Source: an uncultured virus (IMG/VR IMGVR_UViG_3300015360_000035) (lineage: Duplodnaviria; Heunggongvirae; Uroviricota; Caudoviricetes). Taken from it: a DNA stretch of 64,000 nucleotides. This document shows, in pieces, positions 1-8,571 of the stretch. The notes under the pieces were generated by a model. That model searched no databases and had not been told where the DNA came from. It was given only the letters and a program-made list of their open reading frames with translations. Each line of letters starts with the position of its first letter. Position 1 is the stretch's first letter. Location: IMG/VR virus record IMGVR_UViG_3300015360_000035. One strand, given 5' to 3'. The position numbers and the translations under genes were made by a program.

Positions 1-164
1 AATAGTCTTTCAAATTCCATAGTTAAATCAAAATCATCCCACGCAGACACTTCAATCTTTACCTCTTCTAATTCAATTTCCTTCTTGCAGCTAATACAGT
101 AGTAGTATTCAAACGTATTGTACTTGTGGTATTCCCCTAAACAATAACAATTAGTACAGATCAT
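1..164 (-). CDS. Partial small Cys-rich protein (MICTNCYCLGEYHKYNTFEYYYCISCKKE...), runs off the window start
   Basis: Translated by hand; ATG overlaps the stop of 164..841 (TAATG); two CxxC pairs. Confidence 0.5.
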   Translation of the reverse strand, partial: MICTNCYCLGEYHKYNTFEYYYCISCKKEIELEEVKIEVSAWDDFDLTMEFERL

Positions 165-841
165 TATTTTTTATCTTTCTTAAATAAATGTGGATTAGAT
201 AATCTAAAAGCTTTTCTATATACTTTTAATATATTCTTATATTCAATTTCAGTTTGCTTACTTATTGAAAATTCAGATAAATCACTATTTAACCATTCTT
301 TATAAGTCCTAGATTGACATCCAATATTAATTATATCTTTTAACATAGTAATAATATATGTTTCTAAATAAATAACTAGAATTTCTGAAGTCTTAGATAC
401 CTGAGCATTGCCATATACCTGAGCATTGCCATATACCCAAGCATTGTTATACACCTGAGCATTATCACACACCCAAGCATTATCACACACCCGAGCATTG
501 CCATATACCCGAGCATTGCCAGATACCTCAGCATTGCCAGATACCTCAGCATTGCCATATACCTCAGCATTGCCATATACCCAAGCATTATCACACACCC
601 GAGCATTGCCATATACCCGAGCATTGCCAGATACCTCAGCATTGCCAGATACCTCAGCATTGCCATATACCCAAGCATTGCCATATACCCAACAATATCC
701 TTTTTGGCTTAAGTTTGCTTTACTTTCGATATAGCCGCCTAATTCACCATTGCTAATTCTTTCTATTCTATATAGTGTTTTAGTTCCTAACTCTAATTTT
801 AAATCTAATCTCATTTTATATTTCATATTATCGTCCTTCAT
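164..841 (-). CDS. Hexapeptide-repeat (left-handed beta-helix-like) phage protein
   Basis: Many YGNAWV/SGNAEV/CDNAWV repeats after an N-terminal 'LYRI...GELGGYIES..NLSQ.G.CWV' segment typical of this phage family. Confidence 0.85.
   Translation of the reverse strand: MKDDNMKYKMRLDLKLELGTKTLYRIERISNGELGGYIESKANLSQKGYCWVYGNAWVYGNAEVSGNAEVSGNARVYGNARVCDNAWVYGNAEVYGNAEVSGNAEVSGNARVYGNARVCDNAWVCDNAQVYNNAWVYGNAQVYGNAQVSKTSEILVIYLETYIITMLKDIINIGCQSRTYKEWLNSDLSEFSISKQTEIEYKNILKVYRKAFRLSNPHLFKKDKK
400..690. repeat. 18-bp degenerate tandem repeat encoding the hexapeptides
   Basis: Repeated units such as GCATTGCCATATACCCGA / GCATTGCCAGATACCTCA. Confidence 0.9.
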
Positions 842-1298
842 TCATTGCTAAAAATACTTTAGCGGCATAGGTTCCAAACGTTAGTTTAGTTAGATGACCT
901 CTGTTGTAGGATATGACTGCCTTAGCCTTATGCCCTTGGGTTTTGGTAAGCCATCTTGCCAAATACTTAGCAGCAAAATATATATTCAATGGGGCGTACA
1001 TTAGGTCTTTAGATGATCCTTTAAAGCCCATCTCTTTCGCGGTTCTCATTTGCAGTTGGCATATACCATAACTAGGAGCGTTGTGATCCATTAGGACGAC
1101 CACGTTTGGGTTATGAGACGATTCAACGAAGCATACTGCTCTGAGCAGCTTGACGTCAATTCCAGTAGCCAGTGCGGCCTTCTCGAACGCCATAGATAGG
1201 TCTACTGTTTTATTCATCTCTTTAGCCTTGTAGTCAATCATATAAGCAATGGCAGAGTTGCTATATAACAGTATTAATAAACTGATTAGTATTTTCAT
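828..1298 (-). CDS. Lytic transglycosylase (SLT domain) with signal peptide
   Basis: 'LRAVCFVESSHNP' catalytic Glu, 'GICQL', 'NIYFAAKYL', 'SYNRG'; hydrophobic N-terminus. Confidence 0.85.
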   Translation of the reverse strand: MKILISLLILLYSNSAIAYMIDYKAKEMNKTVDLSMAFEKAALATGIDVKLLRAVCFVESSHNPNVVVLMDHNAPSYGICQLQMRTAKEMGFKGSSKDLMYAPLNIYFAAKYLARWLTKTQGHKAKAVISYNRGHLTKLTFGTYAAKVFLAMNEGR

Positions 1299-1314
1299 AT
1301 GTGCTCCTATTATT

Positions 1315-1343
1315 AAGTTACCATTGATTTATTAAATTAACAA
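1315..1343 (-). promoter_or_regulatory. sigma70-like promoter for the SLT gene
   Basis: TTGTTA-N17-TAACTT followed by AGGAG and ATG at 1298. Confidence 0.5.
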
Positions 1344-1364
1344 GTGTGTCTAATTCTACCTATG

Positions 1365-1553
1365 CTAACAAGCCGTAGATGACTGGTTAAGAATTGTTAA
1401 CTTAGGAGTTGTAAATGATATTCTATTAATTTTACAAAACGTAATGAAGTCTTGGATATCTTCTAGTGTGTCGAACCAAACTACATTCATTCCAGCATAA
1501 TTTGTGTGTATTACATATTTCATATATTTACCTCTTACACTTATATATTGCAT
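1365..1553 (-). CDS. Hypothetical small protein (true start probably the downstream MKYVIHT ATG)
   Basis: ORF track; GAGG just upstream of the internal ATG. Confidence 0.5.
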   Translation of the reverse strand: MQYISVRGKYMKYVIHTNYAGMNVVWFDTLEDIQDFITFCKINRISFTTPKLTILNQSSTAC

Positions 1554-1565
1554 CTATCATGCCAG
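1549..1565 (-). promoter_or_regulatory. sigma54 (RpoN)-like -24/-12 promoter
   Basis: CTGGCATGATAGATGCA, GG-N10-GC spacing, upstream of RBS and ATG. Confidence 0.6.
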
Positions 1566-1637
1566 GAAATAACTTAATAATATTATACTACGCGCTCTAA
1601 AAACTTGTATATCTTTTGTTCAATGTAAAGTCCTTAG

Positions 1638-1871
1638 TCAATCTAGTACTTCTTTTATGGATTGTTGCCATTTGTATTCAGATAGAAGCATAAAGTCATA
1701 ATGTAATTCATATTTACTTACAAGATACCCTTTACTATCATTATCTTTATTAAGTATAACTAAACTATGATATATACTTAGATGTGCTATTGTGAATATG
1801 CTTCCAATTTCTATGCTATTAAAATTATTATCTGCTTCTTTTATGTATATGATTTTGTCTTTATCTTTCAT
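1638..1871 (-). CDS. Hypothetical protein, paralog of 2001..2258; carries C-terminal tag (WQQSIKEVLD)
   Basis: Near-identical to neighbour at DNA and protein level. Confidence 0.75.
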   Translation of the reverse strand: MKDKDKIIYIKEADNNFNSIEIGSIFTIAHLSIYHSLVILNKDNDSKGYLVSKYELHYDFMLLSEYKWQQSIKEVLD

Positions 1872-2000
1872 ATACTTCTCCTAGTTAACATTTCTTAACT
1901 ACCATTTCTATTGCAGTAAACAACATTATGTGATACTAATAAGAATATGCATTTGGTTGAGTGTAACCAAAAGTGAAACTCAACACCTGTGTGATGATTG

Positions 2001-2258
2001 TCACGATTCTAATATCTCCTTTATGGATTGATTAAACTTAAATTCAGATAGAAGCATAAAGTCATAATGTAATTCATATTTACTTACAAAATACCCTTTA
2101 CTATCATTATCTTTATTAAGTATAACTATAACTAAACCAGGATATCTACTTATATGTACTATTGTGAATACATTTCCAATTTCTATAACATTAAAAGGAT
2201 TATCTATTTCTTTTATGTATATGATTTTATTATTTTTTTTCATAGTATTCCAATACAT
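2001..2258 (-). CDS. Hypothetical protein, paralog of 1638..1871; carries C-terminal tag (FNQSIKEILES)
   Basis: Shared 'ILNKDNDSKGY.VSKYELHYDFMLLSE'. Confidence 0.75.
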   Translation of the reverse strand: MYWNTMKKNNKIIYIKEIDNPFNVIEIGNVFTIVHISRYPGLVIVILNKDNDSKGYFVSKYELHYDFMLLSEFKFNQSIKEILES

Positions 2259-2400
2259 CTACATATCCTGAGAACAGAATATGTAAATTGTGGTTATGCG
2301 AAGTTACTTAATAGCTTCTTTATACTTTTATATAGTATAAAAATAAAACCCCCAGGAATTAGAAAGATAAGTAAATAAGTAATAGAATATTTTAATGTTC

Positions 2401-2541
2401 TCATGAGTTCTCCTGACAACCGTATACAATGAGTTCTCGTCTGGCTTTATGACGTACTCCTTCAAAACCCAGTTTAACTAACATACGACCTGTTTTGAAA
2501 CCAATAGGACTAAATAGAAGAGATATTAGTAAAAATAACAT
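2401..2541 (-). CDS. 46-aa protein (MLFLLISLLFSPIGFKTGRMLVKLGFEGVRHKARR...), not in ORF track
   Basis: AAGGAG RBS; paralogous to 2556..2705. Confidence 0.6.
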   Translation of the reverse strand: MLFLLISLLFSPIGFKTGRMLVKLGFEGVRHKARRELIVYGCQENS

Positions 2542-2555
2542 AGTGCTCCTTTTAA

Positions 2556-2705
2556 TTAGAAACCAACACCCATGCTCTTTAAATCGTCTATGAGCCTCTG
2601 AGTACGTTGCTTGTGACGACTACCCTTAAAACCTAACGAAACCAGCCTACGGCCTGTTCTGAAGGTTATGTGACCTAGTATGTATGGGTTGATTAAGTAT
2701 AGCAT
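2556..2705 (-). CDS. 49-aa protein (MLYLINPYILGHITFRTGRRLVSLGFKGSRHKQR...), not in ORF track
   Basis: AAGGAG RBS directly downstream of a sigma54-like promoter; paralogous to 2401..2541. Confidence 0.6.
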   Translation of the reverse strand: MLYLINPYILGHITFRTGRRLVSLGFKGSRHKQRTQRLIDDLKSMGVGF

Positions 2706-2743
2706 GTGATCTCCTTTTGGTTGACGTTACGGGCATATAGTAA

Positions 2744-2760
2744 TGCATTCAACATGCCAG
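2744..2760 (-). promoter_or_regulatory. sigma54 (RpoN)-like -24/-12 promoter
   Basis: CTGGCATGTTGAATGCA, GG-N10-GC. Confidence 0.6.
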
Positions 2761-2852
2761 AAATTCCCTAATGATATCGCATTGCATGCTCTGGAAAGTT
2801 GATTATCTTTTAGTCAGATGTTAAATCTTAAACAGCTAAATAGGATTGAGAC

Positions 2853-2868
2853 GTGTCAGAAATGACAC
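2853..2868. promoter_or_regulatory. Palindromic candidate enhancer/activator site
   Basis: GTGTCA-gaaa-TGACAC about 95 bp upstream of the sigma54-like promoter. Confidence 0.4.
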
Positions 2869-2929
2869 AGGATTACTGTAAATACAATATAAATGCTTTG
2901 AATATCAATGAGTAACAAATAGTAGTCCA

Positions 2930-3052
2930 TTATCGATACAATTCGCAATAGTGAACGCATTCTTGGTGCACAGAGCACTCGGTTTCGCAAGGGACACGTC
3001 GATAGGTAGCACAAGATGAAAGAAATAATAAAACAAGAATTAAGTATTTCAT
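2930..3052 (-). CDS. 40-aa Cys-rich lipoprotein (MKYLILVLLFLSSCATYRRVPCETECSVHQECVHYCELYR), not in ORF track
   Basis: Lipobox LSSC after hydrophobic core; TAATG coupling to hicA stop. Confidence 0.6.
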   Translation of the reverse strand: MKYLILVLLFLSSCATYRRVPCETECSVHQECVHYCELYR

Positions 3053-3252
3053 TAAACTACCATCCTTCGGTCATAGTGGTTAATACCAGTTTCAATAGTA
3101 CGCTTGATCTTATTTGCAAGGAATTTATTAACTTCGGTGTGATGTGGTATTGCAATGGTGTTGATACCATTTGTATACAACTTGTGTCCTGAGTTACGAA
3201 GGAAGCGATAACCTTTATCTTCTAACATTTTAATTAAATCTTTCGTTTTCAT
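3052..3252 (-). CDS. hicA: HicA-family mRNase toxin-like protein
   Basis: 'LIKMLEDKGYRFLRNSGHKLY...IAIPHH.EV' HicA pattern with conserved His. Confidence 0.8.
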   Translation of the reverse strand: MKTKDLIKMLEDKGYRFLRNSGHKLYTNGINTIAIPHHTEVNKFLANKIKRTIETGINHYDRRMVV

Positions 3253-3603
3253 ATATTCCCTTTCGGATCTATATATAGAATATCGTCTTTCGACTCATTT
3301 GTCTAGTGTGTAAATAATGACACATTTGTTTATTTTTCATTTAAATAAATATATAAATCGTCAATGCTATCGCCTAGATGGACCATGTGTAACTTGTATA
3401 CACGCTAAAGCTTAGTCACACTTGTTATTGAGTTTATGGATATGGTCTGTATGTGTTTACCAGTTGAGAAAATTAAAACCTTTGTGGTGGAAATAAAATC
3501 GGCATCCTTTATAAGTTCATTGATTGTTCATCTTGGCATTTAATAACCCAATGCTTAGTAACTTGAGAGTGCTGAATTTTCTTCCGATCGTAGGTAAAAA
3601 TAC

Positions 3604-5010
3604 CTACCCAGCTAGGCTAAAATACGGGCATCTGGACCAATCAATTTTATCTGATAGGAATTTCTTCAGGATATGCTGTTTGGGTAGACTACTCAGAAAT
3701 TCTGGAAGGGCCACCCGTAGTGCCTGAGCAGTAACTGCTTCAGATGGACTGATATCAGTGCGCATTGTTCGCAGCCAACTTCCAAATCCTTTCCAGATTT
3801 CTTCTCGAAATGTGATCGAAAGATATTGAAGCATCCCTTGCGCAATTAGGCCTAGCTGTATATGAAAATTATAAGCTGAGATTTTTCTTTTCACGCTTTC
3901 ACGATAGTCAGCTGATCTGTGATGCATGTATTGGTCTCCACTTCCACGACGAACCTTCTCCATTGTCTTCATCCAGAAGCGGTAGCCATATGCACCCAAC
4001 GTGTGCATTGCCTGCTTGAAGCTGACTTCAATTTTGAAACGAAGTCCGTAAAGCTCAATAATTTTTTGAGCCTGCAGAGTGAGATCCGTTGACATGAGAA
4101 TAATGCAGCCTCTCGTCGGGTGTACGACCCAAACAAATCTGATTTTTGATTGCAGCGGACGCAAAATCAAATCTAGGACAAAATATTGAATCTTGATTCC
4201 TCGTTCCCCATATATGGTGCTGTCAATCTTAGTAAAGGCCGTAAGATCTTTGAAAAACATTTTTAGTTTGATTTTTTTTCCGTAGAGTTGAGGGCGACCT
4301 CTTTTTCGCTTTCCTGAGAGGACGACAGCCTCCTCATAGGCAACTGCGTTTGACCGAACACGACTGATGAGGTGCCCACCTTGTGCCAGTAGACCTAGGC
4401 AGATCTTGCGACTCGAGTAGTAAGCGTCGGCAACAAGGTAAAACGAACGCTGAAGCTGAAGTCCTCCGATCATCAACAAAAGCTTGTCCAAAAGCGTTCT
4501 GGAGTCTCGATTCGAAAAAACAATTCCTTCATGAATTTGACTCGTCAACGGGACCGCGAAGTGAGAGCCCTCAGCCTGAACCAGCATGCTAACGGCCTGA
4601 CAGGAATGAGCCATAACATATTCGGGCTTGGAATTATTTGTCGACTCCTGATGGAGAAGCTTGACGCCTGGCATCCTCCGACCCTCTTTGGGAGCTTTTA
4701 TTCCGTCAGCCAGTAGGACGATCCGTCCATTACACATCACTAAATGAGCGGCGAATAATTTTAAGACAAGTTGTACCCAAAGAATCTTTAACCTTACTGA
4801 ATCGACCGATCGACTGTGAAAGGCGTCCAGCAGCCTACGATAGCAGGCTGGGACAAGCCAGTGGGACCGGACAAAACTGGTCACCCCGGCAAGATCAGTT
4901 CGAACAGAAAAGGAGGCCAGAATTACAACTACCCAGAGGAAGGTTTTTTCATGCCGAACCGAAGAGCGCAGTTGCCAAACCGCCCCAAGCCATGTCATCC
5001 ATAAAGTCAT
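3604..5010 (-). CDS. DDE transposase (IS4/IS701-like superfamily)
   Basis: 'LLADG', 'LVADAYY', 'GRPQLYGKK', 'IIELYGLRFKIEVSFKQ' (Y-x2-R-x3-E motif). Confidence 0.85.
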   Translation of the reverse strand: MTLWMTWLGAVWQLRSSVRHEKTFLWVVVILASFSVRTDLAGVTSFVRSHWLVPACYRRLLDAFHSRSVDSVRLKILWVQLVLKLFAAHLVMCNGRIVLLADGIKAPKEGRRMPGVKLLHQESTNNSKPEYVMAHSCQAVSMLVQAEGSHFAVPLTSQIHEGIVFSNRDSRTLLDKLLLMIGGLQLQRSFYLVADAYYSSRKICLGLLAQGGHLISRVRSNAVAYEEAVVLSGKRKRGRPQLYGKKIKLKMFFKDLTAFTKIDSTIYGERGIKIQYFVLDLILRPLQSKIRFVWVVHPTRGCIILMSTDLTLQAQKIIELYGLRFKIEVSFKQAMHTLGAYGYRFWMKTMEKVRRGSGDQYMHHRSADYRESVKRKISAYNFHIQLGLIAQGMLQYLSITFREEIWKGFGSWLRTMRTDISPSEAVTAQALRVALPEFLSSLPKQHILKKFLSDKIDWSRCPYFSLAG

Positions 5011-5044
5011 ATAGACCCCCCACGAGCCTCAGTGCCAGATTAAA

Positions 5045-5551
5045 ATGCGGTGCCGAGACATCCCATCAGAAGAGATGGACGTGGGTCAACAAGAGAGTAA
5101 AATTATGGCCAAAACTACGGCAAAAGTTGGAATATCAATATTATTTCTAATGGCAATTATTTTTGTCATGCCTTTTTTAGGATCACTTTTAGTGATCGGG
5201 GCAGGCTACTTATTGAACCTGATCGTGGGAATAGGGCATTTGCAGAGCTCGGTTGTTTTTATTGCTACTCTATTCACTGGCGTTCTGGCCATTGGATTGA
5301 CCTTTGTGACTGAGGAAATTAGAAAAAGTAATACCTTGCTCCAGAGGGATTTAGACATAGACGAAGATGATGAATGGGATGAAGAAGCAGAGGAAAGCGA
5401 AATGGATTGGGAGTCTCTACATCAGAAAATGGAGCCAGTAAGCCGCACTCCAAGAGTTGGTCGAAATCACCCCTGTCCCTGCGGAAGTAATAAAAAATAT
5501 AAGATGTGCTGCCTCAGAACTGACACTCAGGCAGAGGATATTCCGTTTTGA
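5045..5551 (+). CDS. IS passenger: membrane protein with acidic linker and C-terminal SEC-C Zn motif
   Basis: Hydrophobic helices; '[19 protein letters not shown]'. Confidence 0.8.
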   Translation: MRCRDIPSEEMDVGQQESKIMAKTTAKVGISILFLMAIIFVMPFLGSLLVIGAGYLLNLIVGIGHLQSSVVFIATLFTGVLAIGLTFVTEEIRKSNTLLQRDLDIDEDDEWDEEAEESEMDWESLHQKMEPVSRTPRVGRNHPCPCGSNKKYKMCCLRTDTQAEDIPF

Positions 5552-5663
5552 GATCTATGCGGTTCGAAACTCCGCACTCTCAAGTTAGTAAATACATAGT
5601 TAATAAATAACTTATAACCAGAATGCAACATAATAATGGAATGATGTGTTTTTTAATTCCAGT

Positions 5664-5676
5664 AAATTAACAAGTA
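5664..5676 (+). promoter_or_regulatory. Late-promoter-like motif AAATTAACAAGTA with no downstream ORF
   Basis: Exact copy of the motif found upstream of structural genes. Confidence 0.45.
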
Positions 5677-5923
5677 ATAGTGTAACATACTTAAGCTGTA
5701 ATAGTCGCCACATATCGCACAAGGCCATCAAGGCAGTAACCAATGGTAGTTGGGTCCTTAAGTTGTTTATAGGGTGTTAAATACATAAGCTTTATCCTAA
5801 GAGCATATTCCCTATAGACCGAATACTAGCTAACGAGATAACTAGGTCACATTTAATGCATCGCGGGGACAAGGTCCTCTAAGAATATCTCGTCCAAATA
5901 TTTCCGTAAGTTAATAATATGTC

Positions 5924-5997
5924 GTATATTAAACACTTGCTCCCAGTGCTTCCGTAGTATTAAATACTTGCTCCCGTAGTATTAAATACTTGCTCCC
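5924..5997. repeat. Tandem 22-bp direct repeats in a non-coding region
   Basis: GTAGTATTAAATACTTGCTCCC at 5954-5975 and 5976-5997; degenerate copy at 5924-5944. Confidence 0.85.
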
Positions 5998-6276
5998 AAG
6001 AGTTAATAATATAGGGTCCTTCCCGACCCTTTTGAAACACAATGCTCTTCTGTTTCATTACTCTATAACATACTGTAACTATTAGGATATTAACTACAGT
6101 TAACACAGTGTATATAATACACATGAGCTAACTAGTTGATATTGTTGGATAGATAGGGGGGTAGGGGTATTATAAAAAGACGAAAGAACTCATATACATA
6201 CGACTACAAACGGTGCTATATTAACGTTGTTTACCGTGACAACATCAATTGATCGAAATAATAAGCAATTATGTTA

Positions 6277-6573
6277 TTAATTGAGCACTTTCTCCAAATC
6301 ATTATTAAAGTCTTCTAGCTGAATGGGATTTTTTACTATTTTTATTAACAAGGCATCATCTTCGTTTAATAAACTAATATTTACAGTTTTAATAAGCTCT
6401 ACATTAGGATAACAGGTTACTCCATTAATTTCAATGGTTCGTGTATTGTTTGGAGCATTTCCTCTACTTTGCAATAATTTATTATTCCTAAGGGTGAATC
6501 TCCAGGTTTCTCCATGCTGGGATGCATATAGCAACACAGGATGCCCGCGGTATTTCCAAGGGTTACGTTTCAT
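6277..6573 (-). CDS. Hypothetical protein with C-terminal tag (FNNDLEKVLN)
   Basis: ORF track; motif. Confidence 0.7.
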   Translation of the reverse strand: MKRNPWKYRGHPVLLYASQHGETWRFTLRNNKLLQSRGNAPNNTRTIEINGVTCYPNVELIKTVNISLLNEDDALLIKIVKNPIQLEDFNNDLEKVLN

Positions 6574-6700
6574 CTAATATTTCCTTTAGATTATCATTAA
6601 ACTTTTGTACTTTTAAAAATTCCTTAGCTTTAGTTATAATATGTTTGAATATTTTGTTCATTAATCGAGCTGCCTTTCCCATAGTAGGTTGATGTTTCAT
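6563..6700 (-). CDS. 45-aa protein (MKHQPTMGKAARLMNKIFKHIITKAKEFLKVQKFNDNLKEILDET) with C-terminal tag, not in ORF track
   Basis: Manual translation; ends in the tag motif; overlaps 6630..6917. Confidence 0.5.
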   Translation of the reverse strand: MKHQPTMGKAARLMNKIFKHIITKAKEFLKVQKFNDNLKEILDET

Positions 6701-6883
6701 AATGTTTAGAAATAGTTATATTTTTTAAATGTAAGCTATTGTTTGTTATGTATAAAATTTTATGTCTATTGCGAAAAAAATAATATTTCTTTTTGAGTTT
6801 TTTAAATAAATCAGTATCAAACAGTATAATAAAGGAATATAAAAAAAGAATTCCAGGAATAAATATATTAATTATATGAAGCA

Positions 6884-7219
6884 TTAGTCTAGCTCTTTCT
6901 TTAAGGATTGCTCCCACTTATGCTCTTTAATGAGAAGATTAATAACTGCCATAACGTCTTTAGAGTACTCCTTTCCAAAAGAACTTTTAATATGTTTCAA
7001 TAAAGCTCGTTTAGGAACAGTAACCAAAGGCGGCACATTGAAACAGAACCATCTAAATCTAACCCTAATCTTTTTAAATGAAGTAGGAACAATTATATAA
7101 TCAACTAATAGTTTTTCATCAATAATATCAGCATGATAGTAACACCCATATGCCCGGAATAATTTTAAGTTCCGGGGTTCTTCTATTGAATCATAGAATA
7201 GAATTAATGGCTTTGGCAT
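6884..7219 (-). CDS. Hypothetical protein with degenerate C-terminal tag (WEQSLKKELD)
   Basis: ORF track. Confidence 0.65.
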   Translation of the reverse strand: MPKPLILFYDSIEEPRNLKLFRAYGCYYHADIIDEKLLVDYIIVPTSFKKIRVRFRWFCFNVPPLVTVPKRALLKHIKSSFGKEYSKDVMAVINLLIKEHKWEQSLKKELD

Positions 7220-7827
7220 AAAGAACTACCCGCCGCCCAGCTGCTATAATTATTAGATCCAGCTTTCCAAAATGTTGTTAACCCTGCAATTGAACTAACA
7301 ACGGTAAACTTACATCCTGAAGAATCGGTATTAACATAGGTGCCGGGGGGTAAAATAGAAAGGCGCGTATAGCTACCACCAACATCCTGACTGAAGCTAG
7401 CAAGTAATGAGCCATCATATAAACATAGGATGACTTCTTTATAGGGTGATGAATTAGGACCGCAAGGTGTAATAATACTCATGGGTGTGCTGCCAGGTAA
7501 AGATGGCGATACACCAGAAGAACCGACAGGACCCGGAGATCCAGCAGGACCGACAGAGCCAATGGGTCCAGGACTTCCTACGTTGCCCGCAGCGCCATCA
7601 TTTCCTTGTGGGCCTGGCAATCCATCATAAACAGTTGCGGTGCTGCCATCTGGGCATCGTATGATCGATGTAGCTCCTGTTTTCATAACTACGCATGGTG
7701 AAGGTGTCGGAATAGGAACATAAACCTCTGGTGAGCATCCTAGGAGCACTATGAGCGAAATAATAACAGATACGGCCGATATAATCGAACTGATCCAAAA
7801 AGAAGAGGTAGCTAATAAGGGTTTCAT
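7204..7827 (-). CDS. Collagen-like (Gly-X-Y) probable lipoprotein
   Basis: Hydrophobic segment ending LLGC; GLPGPQGNDGAAGNVGSPGPIGSVGPAGSPGPVG; Cys-rich C-terminal domain. Confidence 0.75.
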   Translation of the reverse strand: MKPLLATSSFWISSIISAVSVIISLIVLLGCSPEVYVPIPTPSPCVVMKTGATSIIRCPDGSTATVYDGLPGPQGNDGAAGNVGSPGPIGSVGPAGSPGPVGSSGVSPSLPGSTPMSIITPCGPNSSPYKEVILCLYDGSLLASFSQDVGGSYTRLSILPPGTYVNTDSSGCKFTVVSSIAGLTTFWKAGSNNYSSWAAGSSLCQSH

Positions 7828-8012
7828 TTGGTTTCCTTTGGTTTTAAAGATAAATCGGTTTGGTCATTAGTTGTGTTATCAACAATAGAAGCAGACCATC
7901 CTAAAGAAAGACGAGCATGGGCTTCTAGTCGAATCTCGACTAAATCATTAGAGGTTACTACATAATCATTATGTCCAGTAGCATCTGCTCCAAAAAGAAT
8001 ATAACGGGTCAT
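7824..8012 (-). CDS. Hypothetical protein (leaderless start)
   Basis: ORF track; promoter -10 box 6 nt upstream of ATG. Confidence 0.6.
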   Translation of the reverse strand: MTRYILFGADATGHNDYVVTSNDLVEIRLEAHARLSLGWSASIVDNTTNDQTDLSLKPKETK

Positions 8013-8018
8013 AAATAA

Positions 8019-8047
8019 ACTGTAGCTTAGTTAATAAGGAAAGTCAA
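8019..8047 (-). promoter_or_regulatory. sigma70-like promoter, leaderless
   Basis: TTGACT-N17-TACAGT-N6-ATG. Confidence 0.65.
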
Positions 8048-8513
8048 GCTTCGTCCGGAGGCGGTAACGCCGACAGACTAAAGATTGTACTGACGACTAC
8101 GAAGTCTTCCATTCGGGAAGAGTCAATGTCGTTGATTATTAAACTATTGCCAGCAGAATTAACAGCTTTTATATACTGGCATTTCTTATTAGTTAAACTA
8201 AGAACATAATAGTATTCATTGAAGATGGTGTCTTTAATAATCACGCCAGGATGAATTATTTCAAATATTTTTTGATTTTGCATTTGATCACGTACCAAAG
8301 GGAAGGTTTAACAAAAATAGTTGATAGAATAATTCTTTCTTGTTCCCAGTAGAATAAATTTTGTCCAACAATATGAACATAGGCTTTATACTTATAGTCT
8401 TCATGCATACCAACCACATAAACATTAGTACCTAAATAGTTTCTAACTATTGTACCCTCGTCAGGAATGTTTTTTATTATTTGGTATTCTTCTATGATGC
8501 AGTTCATCAATAC

Positions 8514-8571
8514 ACTATATCCTAAAAAAGTTAATAAAGCAATTGACTTTTTAAAATGTCCATGTTATGTT
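8514..8571. promoter_or_regulatory. Back-to-back divergent sigma70-like promoters, both leaderless
   Basis: Minus: TTGCTT(8542-8537)-N17-TATAGT-N6-ATG(8507). Plus: TTGACT(8543)-N17-TATGTT-N7-GTG(8579). Confidence 0.6.

Larger units (their letters stand above)
3562..5584. mobile_element. Complete insertion sequence with passenger gene
   Basis: Inverted repeats CTTGAGAGTGCTGAATTTT (3562) and GAAACTCCGCACTCTCAAG (to 5584); flanking direct repeat TTAGTAA at 3555-3561 and 5585-5591; visibly higher GC than the flanks. Confidence 0.9.

Noticed and set aside
376..734. ORFs 376..684(-) and 498..734(+) with repetitive translations
   Set aside because: Alternative-frame shadows of the 18-bp repeat in the hexapeptide gene.
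1334..1346. AAATTAACAAGTG as another late promoter
   Set aside because: One mismatch and no plus-strand gene downstream; better explained as the -35 box of a minus-strand sigma70 promoter.
3524..5004. Short plus-strand ORFs inside the IS
   Set aside because: Antisense to the transposase in higher-GC DNA, with no recognisable motifs.
5924..5997. Repeats as a mini CRISPR array
   Set aside because: Units are directly adjacent, with no unique spacers and no cas genes.
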